Assembly: GCA_964016885.1 (NCBI GenBank)
Contig: OZ024742.1
Span: 290,842,001 to 290,906,000 of the forward strand
Source: Eledone cirrhosa
Taxonomy: Eukaryota
Reading direction: 5' to 3'
DNA: 64,000 nucleotides
Shown in pieces: positions 1 through 11,728 of this stretch; position 1 is the first letter of the stretch; each line of letters opens with the position of its first letter. The notes under the pieces were generated by a model, which saw only the letters and a program-made list of their open reading frames with translations, searched no databases and was not told where the DNA came from. A program made the position numbers and the translations under genes.

Positions 1-379
1 AGCACTGTCTTAATAACGACCATAGTTAGAAACGATCGTTGGCAGTTACCCTCCCTTGCTTCTGCTGGAATTCGTTAGATGGCGCTATGTCATCAGCTTC
101 CAAAATTCAAAGGTAAAGCCTTCCAAATGTTTATTTGTAGACATAACTACAGTTTAGTGTTCCTCAACCTCACAATTACTTGAAGGAATGGAATGGACCT
201 CTTTTGGTTTCAACAATGATTGTTCCAGTTTTTAATCAATTAATAGTTTGCATGAGAGAAACCCTATAGTTTATGCAGATAAAATAATTTATTTCTAAGA
301 TATATGTACATATGACATATACAATTAAGTGTATGAGTAACTTTGGAGAAATAACAATTGACAAGAACAAAGACTACAG

Positions 380-700
380 TCTAGGCTTTGCTGCCCACCA
401 AGACGAAGAGGGCAAACTGTCCAAGTATAGTCCACTCTCGGATAGGTTTGTGGTAAAGTCTATAGCAGTAGAGACTTCCGGCATATTGGCTCCCAGACCA
501 CATCCCTACGCATGTGATAGGTTTGTGGTAGAGCCTGTAGCAGTGGAGACTTCCAGCGTTCTTGGCCCCTGGACAACATCCTTACTCATTGCTATCGGGG
601 CGGAGTTGGCTGCCCGCAGGTGTGAGGTAGAGTAGCTGTTTCAGCGTGTCTCCCTTGCCATCCTCTGGCATAATGCATTCTCCATCCTGTCGGCCGGGAC
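380..700 (+). mobile_element. Remnant of the C-terminal restriction-like endonuclease of a CRE-clade non-LTR retrotransposon, with an internal ~75-bp tandem duplication
   Basis: Translation AAHQDEEGKLSKYSPLSDRFVV..AVETSG and EPVAVETSSVLGP..IG..LAARR*LFQRVSLAILWHNAFSIL follows the CRE RLE pattern (K..KY..L / PIAVETxG / LFQRLSxAIQRGNA). 441-510 is duplicated at 516-585. Confidence 0.55.
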
Positions 701-947
701 CCAGTGGCAGAGAGTAAGTTAGTTGGTGGTGGACGTCACTTTAACAACTAAAGTATATTTACATATAATGTATTACATTTAATTATATACATATTTTGGC
801 AATATATCTCAACTGCACCTCATAAACATATGTAGGGTTAGAAACCAGGACCTTGTGATTAGGAGGCGGATTTTTTATTGTAGCAACATCACTAGGATAG
901 GAAATGTATTGTATGTATGTGTCTGTAAATTTTAAAAAAGTTACAGA

Positions 948-2419
948 CATCATCATCATCATCAACGTTTAACGTCCGTGTTCCACGCTTGCATGGGTTT
1001 GGACGGGGGTTTTCCCACTTGAGGCAAGAGTGATTGTCTTGCTCGTATAGGACTGTCTGGCAGGTTTTCTACAGTTGGATGCCCTTCCTAACACCAACCA
1101 CATTTACAGTGTGGGTCTGGGAGGTTTTTACCGTGTTGCCTACACGGCCACATTACAGCGTGGACTGTGTGTTTTTTTGTCGTGACACCTACACGATCTC
1201 ATTTGTTTCGGCCTGGATAGTGTGGCACCAACATAACTTTACATAGAAGGGGGCGTTGTGGACGGGGTGGGGGTGGTGGGATGGGGGTGTATTTTGTTAG
1301 AGATGCCTACTGACTGTAGTAGGTTTTACTTTGTATTTAGGTAAGGCGGGTCTTCTCTATTACTGAGTACCGCCAAAGGTCTCGGTCCAGTGACATTGTC
1401 TTGGTGAGGTGTAAGTGTGTGAGGTCGGAGTTTATCAGCTCGTCCCAGGTTTTTCTGGGTCTGCCTATTCCGTGGCTACCGTCTATCTTTATTGCCCTGC
1501 ACTTTGTTATACAGCTATCGTCCTTCATGCGCATCACGTGACCATACCAACGTAGCCTTCTCTCGAGTAAACAACATCTGATCCCTCTTATTTCTAATTT
1601 TTTCCTTAGTTCGTTTATGCTTTGTCGTTCACGTATATTACTATTACACATCCAGCGAAGCATGCAAGCTTCGTTTCTCTCTAGTCTGCGTATATCCTCT
1701 CCACACAATGCCCAGGTCTCACTGCCATGCAACATTGCTGTTCGTATGCAGGCATCGTACAACCTGCCTTTCATTTTTAGGGGGAACCCTTTAGCGGCTA
1801 ATAGTGGTATAAGCTCTCTGAACTTTTTCCACCCAGTTCTGACTCTAGCTACTGTACTTTCAGAGCACCCTCCCCCACTGCTGATTTTGTCACCCAGGTA
1901 ATGGAAGCTGTCCACTATTTCTATAGAACCCTCTGCGCAGTTGAAAGAGCTAGTATTTTGTGGGCACTTGCTGCTACTTATTGCCCCAGAACACCGGCCA
2001 CATGTAAAATCTATGTTCTTAGTTAGCTTACCTGTGATCCCACTACATCTTTTATGCACCCAAACTTTGCATTTGGGACACAAAATGGAATTTCTACCTA
2101 CGCCTTTCCTACACTCTGCGCATGGCCACTTCCTGGAGGGGACCGCCGCCTTATTTTCTTTCTTACAAACTAGAACTTTAGTCTTAGCCAGGTTAATTTT
2201 AAGGCCTTTTGATTCTAGGCCGTGCTTCCATGTTTGGAATTTCTTCTCTAGCTCGGCCATTGATTCAGCTATGAGCGTTAGATCATCTGCGTATAGGAGT
2301 TCCCATGGGCAGCCGGTCTTGAACTCCACTGTTATAGCCTGGAGGGCAATAATAAATAGTAGGGGGCTAAGAACAGAGCCCTGATTAACACCAACTTTTA
2401 CACTAAACTCTTCACTATA
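948..2419 (-). mobile_element. 5'-truncated RTE LINE, subfamily A (RT C-terminal half, PHD-like finger, 3' UTR, (GAT)n tail)
   Basis: ORF 1337-2329 has LLYADD, GLKINLAKTKV, FHYLGD, LRWYGHVMRM and GRPRKTW. The (CAT)n at 948 is the minus-strand tail. Confidence 0.92.
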
Positions 2420-2598
2420 TCATATATATATATACAAACACATGGTGAGGAAAATAATTTTTCATTAACAGCTTCGAAAATGTTTCTATAAAATGTCAAT
2501 GAAAAGACCTTTACCTGGTCAATAAACTTGCTAGAAACAGCAGTCAAATACCTTTTGTGACCACACTATCGTTCTAAAAAATGTAGGACACATTGAAT

Positions 2599-2785
2599 AA
2601 TTGTTTCTACTTTTGGCACAAGGCCAGCAATTACTCAGTGCATTACTGGTACTTTATTTTAGCGACCCCATAAAGATGAAAGGCAAAGTTAACCTCGGCG
2701 GGATTTGAACTCAGAATGGCAAGGGCCGTAACTCTATGCATCAAAGCATGGTGTCCGACCCTCTACCGATACTGCCAATTCACCG
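2599..2785 (-). mobile_element. tRNA-derived SINE
   Basis: Minus strand reads TGGCAGTATCGGTAGAG (A box) and GAGTTCAAATCCCG (B box), then a core shared with the copies at 7377, 23258, 36099, 39645 and 40502. Confidence 0.85.
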
Positions 2786-3374
2786 GATGGGCTGATTTTG
2801 GTTTTACTGACAGTAAAATAGTTTACTTTGTAATGAAGATCAAAGTGTTTTTCTTAATAAAATAATAAAAATGCATTATTTCTTAGAACAGGTAAAAAAA
2901 AAAAAAAAAAAAAAGGAAATCATGGATCACATGAGACTCATTATAGTTTGTGGATACAGTTGCACATCAAACTGAGAAACTAACAAAAACTACATTGGAC
3001 AAAATCACCACCACACAAAACCCCACAGTTTAAAATCTCCTCTTAAGACAAAACTCTCATAGGAAAAAAATCTCTCAGAACAAAACCTCACCAAACAAAA
3101 TCTCTACTCCTACCAATAAAAAAAAACCATATAGTAAAACTAAAATAGAAAAAGATAAAATATAATCTATAGTTTTGACTAGCTGACATTATGAAATGTA
3201 ATTTAACTGATAAGCAATAAACTAAAATTATGTATTCATATTCTGGATTATTTTTTACTGCGTATAGTTTTTGTATGGTGGCCATTTTGTCAAGGATTGC
3301 ATTTAATTTTAGAGACTTTATTTCACATTGCTCCAGACCAGGTAGCAGGCAAAAATAAATTGTACTTTTGATTG

Positions 3375-3600
3375 AAAGGGTCAGCTTTGTTACACACTAT
3401 GTCACTTTGAATCTCTCTGAGAACTATGTTAAGAATACATGTCTGTGGAATATCCAGCCACTTACCCTATAATACAAGATGGACTGTACCTGTAATTCAA
3501 AGGGCCAGCCATGTCACTCACTGTGTCCTGTTGAATCTCCATGAGAACTACATTTAGGATGCACATGTCTGTGACATGCTCGGCCACTTACATTATAATA
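3375..3600. repeat. Two degenerate tandem copies (~120-bp period) of an interspersed-repeat unit
   Basis: ggg(t/c)cagc..tgtc..tgaatctc..tgagaacta..catgtctgtg..gccactta occurs at about 3378 and 3501. Confidence 0.45.
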
Positions 3601-3939
3601 ATTTCTAATTTAGGCACAAAGCCAGCAATTTATATGGAGAAGACTGGATTAAATCAACCACAATAGTCTATAGTTTTTACTAGTTAATATCATGAAATGT
3701 TTGAGTAACAAATATGCAAGCTGGCAACAAGCTGGGAGTATCGGCGGGAAAGCGTCACTTGTTTTGTAGTTAGTTACTATGGTGATATCTATCTATCTTT
3801 CACATGCAGTCTCTCTCTCTCTCAACATTTTGTATAGGAAAAATAGATTAGGTTTACAAACATTTTGAGTGACTAATGGTGTTCAAGAATGAATTAAGTT
3901 CATGAACCATGGTTCCACAGTATATATATATGCATGTTC

Positions 3940-4822
3940 CACAGACTATAACAGAAGAGCTTAAGACTGTCTTCCCTTGGGAACTTCTGTATGCAGATGA
4001 TTTGACTTTCATAGCTGGATCTATGACAGAATTATAGAAGAAATTCCAAACCTGGAAGCATGACCTAGAATAAAAAGGACAAGTTAACTTGTCAAAGACA
4101 AATGTCTTAGTATGTAGAAAGGAAAGTAAAGCCCAGATTCCCTCTGGGAAATGGCCTTGCTCAGTATATGAGAAAGGAGCAGGTAGAAATTCCATTCTGT
4201 GTCCCAAATACAAGCTATGGGTACATAAAGGATGTAGTTGGATCATGGGCAGGCTATCAAAGAATGTAGGTTTTATATGTGGCTGATGCACAGGTGCAGT
4301 AAGGAGCAAGTGCCCACAGGATACTAGCTCCTTCAAATGCCTAGATGGTTCTATAGAAATAGTCGACAGTTTCTGTTACCTGGGTGACAGAATCAGCAGT
4401 GGAGGAGGGAGTTCTGAAAATATAGTAGCCAGAGTAAGAATAGGATGGAGAAAGTTCAGCTGCTACTGCTGTTAGCTACAAACGGTTTTTTTCTTTAAAA
4501 TGAAGGGCAGATTGTACGGTGCGTGTATAATGAACAGAAATGTTACATGGTAGTGAGACCTGGGCACTGTGTGCAGAGGGGCTGCAAAGATTGGAAAGTA
4601 ATGAAGCATGCATGCTCCAATTGATGTGTAATAGTAATATACACAAACTGCAAAGTGTAAATGAACTGGGAGACAAATTAGGCATAAGATTGATCAGATG
4701 CAGTATGGTAGAGAGGTGTTGGAGTTAGTATGGTCATGTGATGCATAGGAAGGATGACAGTTGTATAAAAAGGTGCAGGGCAATCAGAGTTGGAAGACCT
4801 GGGATGAGGTGATAAAAGCTGA
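3940..4822 (+). mobile_element. Degenerate RTE LINE fragment
   Basis: Frame-disrupted homolog of the 1337-2329 ORF (WELLYADD, PSGKWPCSV, MLHGSETWAL, KTWDEVIKAD). Confidence 0.85.
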
Positions 4823-4877
4823 CGGGCAGACAGACACCTTATGCAGCTCATTGAACTTCACAAAAGAGATGACCCAG

Positions 4878-5243
4878 TGTGAACATATATTAATATACAG
4901 CTATTGTGAACATATATCAATATACAGCTATTGTGAACATATATCAATATACAGCTATTGTGAATATATATCAATATACAGCTATTGTGAATATATATTG
5001 ATATACAGCTATTGTGAACACATATTCATATACAGCCAGTGTGAACATATATTAATATACAGCTATTGTGAACATATATCAATATACAGCTATTGTGAAC
5101 ATATATCAATATACAGCTATTGTGAATATATATCAATATACAGCTATTGTGAATATATATTGATATACAGCTATTGTGAACACATATTCATATACAGCCA
5201 GTGTGAACATATATTAATATACAGCTATTGTGAACATATATTA
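4878..5243. repeat. 27-bp minisatellite (~13.5 units) with a 162-bp higher-order period
   Basis: Unit TGTGAACATATATCAATATACAGCTAT. The six-variant series CEHILIYSY/CEHISIYSY/CEHISIYSY/CEYISIYSY/CEYILIYSY/CEHIFIYSQ repeats exactly. Confidence 0.95.
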
Positions 5244-5775
5244 ACTAGACATGAAAAATGGGCAAGCTCAAAAGAGCCACAGAATGTTATACTAAACCTT
5301 CAAAAGTGTGGGACTAGAGTTGTTACTCAAAAATATTGTAATCATTATATATCGTACATCTGTGGCATCCTTTATAAAAATATCACAATAAATCCTAAAC
5401 GGACGGTAGTCCGTTTAGTAATATTGTTGTGGTCGTGTTTTCGTTGGCAATCGTCTGTTTATGGCAGTACAGTGCGGCTCTACTTTATTTAACTGAGATA
5501 AAACTTATATGAGCATGAACAGTAGATCATTACGCATCTTTTGGCTTAAAAATCTAGAAATTTGGTCCAGCGGGAAAAAGTTTATAATCAAAGTTTGCTG
5601 ATAAATCATGTGTTCAAGTGAGTGAGTAGTAAGCGTGACGCTAGGGGAGGTAATCTAATATATTTCAAATTGTATTTTTAACTAAATTCATTTATCATAG
5701 TCTAATATTTTAAAAATAGGTGAGTGCTCCATGATGATGACCCATGTCCCCTCCATGTGGAGGGGATGCTTAGGA

Positions 5776-5835
5776 GCCATCCAGATATCATGTGACCATG
5801 TTTGGTTCGCGGTGTCCACATGATATCTGGATGGC
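5776..5835. repeat. Mini-MITE-like hairpin (19-bp perfect stem)
   Basis: GCCATCCAGATATCATGTG...CACATGATATCTGGATGGC, preceded by a second hairpin TCCCCTCCA-TG-TGGAGGGGA at about 5747-5768. Confidence 0.6.
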
Positions 5836-6323
5836 CCTTTATACTAATTAGTCATTTATCTGCATAAAAATTATACCAGATCATTCTGATTATTGGCTTG
5901 AAATCTTTTACAAAATTAGTATGAGCAACTAAGAGGTCATCAATAGAAATAGAATTACTTTTTGAAGTTTTCATGCACAACATTTTTTGGGATTTTAAAT
6001 AAAAGTTAATATCATAATTCTTATTTTGTATACCCACATTGCAGATACAGAGAAACATGACAATCCTATATAAAGGTCGTAGACAGGAGTATCAGTTTTT
6101 ATCCGTAACACCATTGAAATGCACAAGTTTCACCAATTCACTATTATGCACTAATCATCTCAAACTCATTCATGATTTACTAGCTTTGTCATTAAGCCAG
6201 TTGCCTCAACTAGATTGCAATTATACTCAAAAGAACTTTAAAATGTCAATCACTTGTCAGTAATTCACTATGATCTTTTAATTATTAGATAGTTGTTGCT
6301 TGCATTGCCTTAAAAAATAGTAG

Positions 6324-7331
6324 ACCAGATAGAAAAATGCGTACAGCAAAAAAAAGTAATATTGTTGGAATATAAACCTTTAAAAATACAGGACAAGAAA
6401 CTAAAATAAAACTTTAAAAGAATAGGACAAGAAACTAATAAAACTTTAAAAGAATAGGACAAGAAACTAAGATAAAACTTTAAAGAATTGGACAAGAAAT
6501 AAAAAATTTTACAATAATATTAGTGGCAATTATTATGCACTGACAATTATTATGCACTTGATTAGTGCATAATAATTGTCATGCTCTCATTGTGCGTTGC
6601 CCCTGAGCGGTTGGTTCTGGTTGGGGTTGGTTGGCTGAGCAGTTCTGCTCCGTCAGAATAACCATTGCAAGAAGAATTGGCCGATGCAGCTGCAGGTCTC
6701 CTCCAAGAATGCACTTCTGGTCCCGCAACACCAGACGAAGATGGAGAAGACGACCGGGACAAGATGTCGACTCTGACCACCGACTACGGCACCTCCCTCA
6801 ACCACCGGTCCTCCCTCTGTCCCGTCATCCCTCCAGTCCTCCTGCTCCCCCTTCCTGTACCAGAAAGCTGTGGCACGCATTCATCTGGACTGCCGGACTT
6901 GAACTCAAGGACAAGATGCAAGGAGAAGATGGACAGGTTGGTCAAGATCAAGGATGAGCGGGACGACAAGACCGTCCGCTGCTGCTCAAGATCTGTGCTC
7001 ATGGGCCCATGGGTCCATTCACATTATGCATGACACATGAGGCGTGTCGCCGAATGATGAAATAGGGGTATGGTTATGGCCCAATTGGTGTTCAAACCAG
7101 GATCGAATGATCCCCCCGGTCTGACGACGACCTCTGAATGTGGAACTCAGAGCCTATGAATGTGGAACTCGATTTTTTACTAATAAAAATTTTGCCACTA
7201 ATATTATTGTAAAATTTTTTATTTCTTGTCCAATTCTTTAAAGTTTTATCTTAGTTTCTTGTCCTATTCTTTTAAAGTTTTATATTCCAACAATATTACT
7301 TTTTTTTGCTGTGCGCATTTTTCTATCTGGT
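6324..7331. mobile_element. Fold-back non-autonomous DNA element with long subrepetitive TIRs and a GC-rich core
   Basis: The left arm 6324-6529 (ACCAGATAGAAAAATGCG...TAGTGGCAA) is inverted at 7192-7331. The arms contain ~30-bp AAACTTTAAAAGAATAGGACAAGAAACT subrepeats, with more copies on the left. Confidence 0.8.
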
Positions 7332-7376
7332 ACATCTATGTTTAATGTAATAACAGCTATAAATAATACTGATAAA

Positions 7377-7566
7377 GGGCGGTGAATTGGCAGTATCAGT
7401 AGAGGGTTGGACGCCATGCTTTCTAGCATAGTTACGTCCCTTTACGGTTTGAGTTCAAATCCCGTCGAGGTTAACTTTGCTTTTCATCCTTACGGGGTCG
7501 ATAAAATAAAGTACCAGTAATGTACTGGGTAATTGCTGGCCTTGTGCCAAAAGTAGAAACAATTAT
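7377..7566 (+). mobile_element. tRNA-derived SINE (full length)
   Basis: GGGCGGTGAATTGGCAGTATCAGTAGAG head, GAGTTCAAATCCC B box, shared core, AAGTAGAAACAATTAT tail. Confidence 0.88.
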
Positions 7567-8005
7567 CATATACTCATAGTTGTGTTGAAAATTAATATGA
7601 TGCTTATATGAACGATGGTTTTATAAATATACTAATATTAAAATAATTTAGTTATATATTGTTACATTTTCATCGAACTATAACATTAGCAATCGTATTG
7701 TATCATCAAATTTTTATCACTGCAAACTTTCATATTGGAATTACCTTAAGCCATTTATCATTACTTCGCTTTCGTACTTTTACAGATGTAGATATTCAGC
7801 TGTATCTTATAACTAATATGATCTCATGGTAATTTGCATGCATTGTAAAATAGGTTTATTAATAACTTTAATCTGAAATGTATTATACAGGGCTGCGGGT
7901 CGGCCAAAAATTGACTGGCTCCAACTCCGGGTCCGATACTCCATTATTTCCTAAATTTCGGCTCCGCAACCCTGTTATTATATTAATTTATTTATTTTAT
8001 AGTTG

Positions 8006-9409
8006 CAGGAGGTTATAGTTCACTTGAAGCATTGTGTAATGAGGTATAAACGTTTGAATATGTATAATAAAGCCAAAACAATGCAGGTATGGACATAGAA
8101 AAAAGAATGCAATTGCAAAAGATATTGTTGACAAATCGTCTTTTACCTTAGATTTATTTAAATGTATTTAATTTTTGAGATAATATCTCTTCTTCAGTGG
8201 GAAATAAAGGTCTCAAACCAGCCTTCTAAATATCTTGCCAAGCCATGCTGACAGGAAATAGTATAGAGTATCTGTTCTCTCTCTCTAATGTCAAAGAGTT
8301 AAAATTAGATGGATAAAGAGTATTCTCCCTTTAAAAGGGGTTTGTTTAGGTTTTTTTTGTTTTTTTTATATACATGCCTGTTTAAGTGTGTGGGAGAATG
8401 CATGAAGGTGTAAGTGTGTGAGAAGATAAGTATATTCGTAAATGTGGGGGATAGGTGTTATCTGGTGTTAGAACTGGTTTTGTGTGTGTATGTGTGAGAG
8501 AGAATAAGTGGAGGTGTAAGCGTGTGTGTGTGTGCGCGTGAGTGCGTGTGTGTGTGGGGGGGGGGGGGGTGTAAATATGGGGCTAGAAGCCTTATCAGGT
8601 TATAAATTGGGTGTTGAGTTCTAGTCAATTATTGATTGGTGGTTGTGTTTTATCTATAATTAGTGCTTCCTTAATTCTAAGATTGCCGAGGTTTCTTTCC
8701 TTAGTTTCTATCCTAACTGTTATGGTTTTGTCGGTGTTTTTGCATTTAACTAGGTGTTTCTTAAATGAGGAAGCGTTAGTATTGAGGTGTTCTTTTATTC
8801 TTATGTGGAGTGGTCTGGTGGTGCTACCTACGTAGAAGTTGTTGCATTTGTTACACTCTAGTCTGTATACGACGTAAGCCTGGTGGCATATGTCTGTGTC
8901 GTTGATGGGGCAGTTGGCTAGTCTGCAGCAGTTGTCATGTCTGGTGGAGTGTCTTTTGGTTAGCTGTCCGCATAGAGAAGGACCTGAGTGGGCCAGTTGG
9001 ATATCTAGTCCCTCTCGTCTGATGGCTCTGCGGATGGCTGTTGTTGTTTCTTCACTGAAGTGTGGGAGCTTCAGGAAGCAAGTGTTAGTGCCTCGGGTGT
9101 GGTGTCCTCTGTTCTTTCTGGCACGGTTTGTGGTGGATGTCGTGTATCCGTTCAGTTTGAGTACTTCCAGGAAATGTGTGGTGTGTGTGTCTCGGTCTCT
9201 AGCGTCGGTGCATTTGTTCCGGATACGTGCCAGTTCGTTCCTTATGTATCCGAACTTGGCACCGAGTGGGAGGGCCAATCTGAAATGTACGAACAGGTCC
9301 CTGCTGGCGGCTTTTTTATAGAAGCAGGTGTGGATGTTGCCTTCCTCTGTTACCCTGAGTTGGAAGTCCAGTAGGGATAGGGATCCGCGGTCATCAGGGT
9401 GTTCCATGC
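8006..9409 (-). mobile_element. 5'-truncated Penelope-like element with its 3' UTR
   Basis: Interrupts otherwise contiguous sequence (compare 38345-38365) and is flanked by a duplicated TAGTTG (8000-8005 and 9410-9415). Contains ORF 8625-9407. Confidence 0.75.
8625..9407 (-). pseudogene. PLE RT C-terminus/thumb, Cys-rich linker and GIY-YIG endonuclease
   Basis: LSLLDFQL, LKLNGY, CRLANCPI, VVYRLECNKCNNFYVGSTTRPLHIRIKEH, LRIKEALIIDKTQPPIN. Confidence 0.88.
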
Positions 9410-9819
9410 TAGTTGTAAATCATATTTTTATATGTTACACTCTAAGAATGAACTGAGTGAAATAGTGTAAAAAGAAAGGCATGGTTGGTTTAAGCTAATG
9501 TCCAATATCTCATATTAGATATTAAGTAATGATTAATACGAAATGCACTTAAACCGAATTCGGCGATACTTGGTTTTAGTGTCCTAAATGATCATCATCG
9601 ACAATCAGTTATTAGCTCCACCCACTACACGACACGTCATCAGCTGCTGCTTGGTTTTACCTTACAGGCTTCATTTTTACACGGAAAAACATTGAATTTT
9701 TATAATAAATATTTATTAAAATATTAACAGAGAAAATTAGATTTTTGATTTATTTTTTTAACAAAATAAATATTTATTTACAGTTTTTCACAGAAAAACT
9801 ATGCTTCATTTTTACATTT

Positions 9820-10290
9820 TTAACAGAAAAAAATTTCTTTAATAATATATTGTTGCGATATACAGTTTAAAATTTTTTCGAAACATTTACCTTCACCAGT
9901 TTGATACGTGGCATTGCGCCATCGCCACTCAAACTCCCTTAAATACGACTGAAATAGTGGTCGGCTGGTACCATTGATGCTTTTCAGTTTTTTTTTTTTG
10001 GCATGAGACCACACCCCCTCAATATTTTGCGTGTGTGTACTTGATATGGGATCAACGAAATGCTGCGAATGATTGACAGTCAGATGTGTATAACGACCAG
10101 GCAAATTTGGTATTTGATTGTATGCCCGCCACTCATGTATGGATCATCGATCCATTTGCACATTGCCTTTCAATGAGAGGCAACAGAGTCTCAGCAGTAC
10201 GATCAGGGATTTCATGTTTTGTTGCTGTCAAAGAAATGCTGTATATCGCACTAATATATTGTTTAAAGACATTTTTTTTCTGTTGTTAAA
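9820..10290 (-). pseudogene. Merlin/ISXO2-like DDE transposase, C-terminal remnant
   Basis: HLTVNHSQHFVDPISSTHTQNIEGVWSHAK...YLREFEWR is the IS1595/Merlin signature. An upstream frame reads RTAETLLPLIERQCANGSMIHT. Confidence 0.85.
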
Positions 10291-10325
10291 AACTATTTCG
10301 CAACAATATGTTTGTTTTCTAATTT

Positions 10326-11457
10326 TCTGTGGGAATGCCGTGGCTGATGATGCGCAAACATGCGCTGAGGCTGCGGCATCTCCAGGTATTCCTCACCGAC
10401 CCCCAACCGGTGTGGGCACCGTTTGTGAGACAGGCTTTCCCACAGCTCGTCTCGCTAACGGAGCTGCAGTCCTGGGTGAAGAAAAGACCGAAAACGATGG
10501 GCGCCTGGCACATTGAATGCGCTCAGGCGCTCACAGTCCTCTGGCAAGCGGGCGCAGCAATCAGTGGAGACTCCACTTCGACATTCTATAGAGGGATTGT
10601 ACGTTACAAGGGCGACGACGTGCTCGGAGAGACTCTGGGCGTCGAAGACGATGAGCTCACCAGTATGTTTGGTAGGACTTTCCGCCCGGGACCTATGGAC
10701 AACTTCCAGAGGTCCCTGGCCTGGCAGTGCTACCGAGGAGCTCTACCGGTTCGTGACAAGATCTACAGGCACGGACGCCTTGGCAGGGATCCTTCCAAGA
10801 GGACGTGTCCAAGATGTGCGCAGGACATTGAAACAGTTCTGCACGCAATTGTACACTGCCCGGGCGTAAGCGACCTGTGGAACTATGCAGAACAACTGCT
10901 GTCGCGTATGGGACAAATACAGTTGACTGCCGAATCCATAGTAAGGATCAAACCGCCAGACTCTTTCAAAAACGAAAGAGAGGCGGTTTTCCTCTGTACG
11001 GTGGCTATGGTGAAAGAAGTTATATGGTGGACGAGGTTGAGAGGACTGAGGACAGATGCCTTTCTCTCCGGACAACAATTGATTCCATTCTTTAAGTATC
11101 ACTTTAGAAGGAGAATCAGGGTGGAGAGAGAGGCACTGCACCCCAGTAAATTTACTGAAAGGTGGGTGAATGAAGCGAAAATGGCCCGAGTGATTGGGCC
11201 TTCTCTGTTTATAAGCCTGTAGGTTGAGGAGGAGAGCAAAAGGAGGAAAGGAGCACTTGCACAACACGCTCCTTGAGTTGAGGGTTGTTCTATCGACGGG
11301 GTATTAAACAACCCATTTGTGGCGCCTCCCCCCTATTGGGGATTTCGATTGTTGAAATTGTTTGTTTTTATATTTTTTACACGACTGTATGTAAAATCCC
11401 CGGCATGTCTTTGTATTGTCCCCTTTCCTGTTGCGCCCTTGTGGCTAATAAAGAAAT
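10326..11457 (+). mobile_element. 3' fragment of an L1/Tx1-clade LINE (zf-RVT region and 3' UTR) nested in the Merlin element
   Basis: ORF 10329-11222 has LAWQCYRGALPVRDK..CPRC..ETVLHAIVHCP (zf-RVT CCHC) and IWWTR. AATAAA lies near 11447. Confidence 0.85.
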
Positions 11458-11728
11458 CAATATTTTAATAAATATTTATTATAGAAATTCAATGTTTTTC
11501 CGTGTAAAAATGAAGCCTGTAAGGTAAAACCAAGCAGCAGCAGCAGCTGATGACGTGTAGTGGGTGGAGCTAATAACTGATTGTCGATGATGATCATTTA
11601 GGACACTAAAACCAAGTATCGCCCCGATTCTATATTATAAATTCACTTAATTAATTATCGTGTCGTCTTCAGTTCCTTATGAGTCTGTTTTTTTATAAAA
11701 GGATGCCACAGATTTTATAAAAAAGAGA

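Larger units (their letters stand above)
9562..11623 (-). mobile_element. Merlin (IS1016/ISXO2-like) DNA transposon, defective
   Basis: TIRs of about 160 bp start GGCGATACTTGG (9562) and end CCAAGTATCGCC (11623). Flanks CCGAATTC / CCGATTC(T) form a near 8-bp TSD. Confidence 0.88.

Noticed and set aside
4761-5492. 243-aa ORF with CEHISIYSY repeats, or a CRISPR-like array
   Set aside because: The frame is a chance read-through of an RTE remnant, a 27-bp minisatellite and an inverted-repeat arm. The repeats are contiguous with no unique spacers, there are no cas genes, and the context is eukaryotic.
8165-8202. Hammerhead-like CTGAAGA-AGAGATATTATCTC on the minus strand of the PLE 3' region
   Set aside because: The GAAA box reads AAAA and no stem I or III partner could be found. 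At most it is a decayed relic.
9820-10104. Bacterial IS1595 element or contamination
   Set aside because: Long TIRs, a nested eukaryotic LINE and continuity with eukaryotic repeats identify it as a Merlin element.
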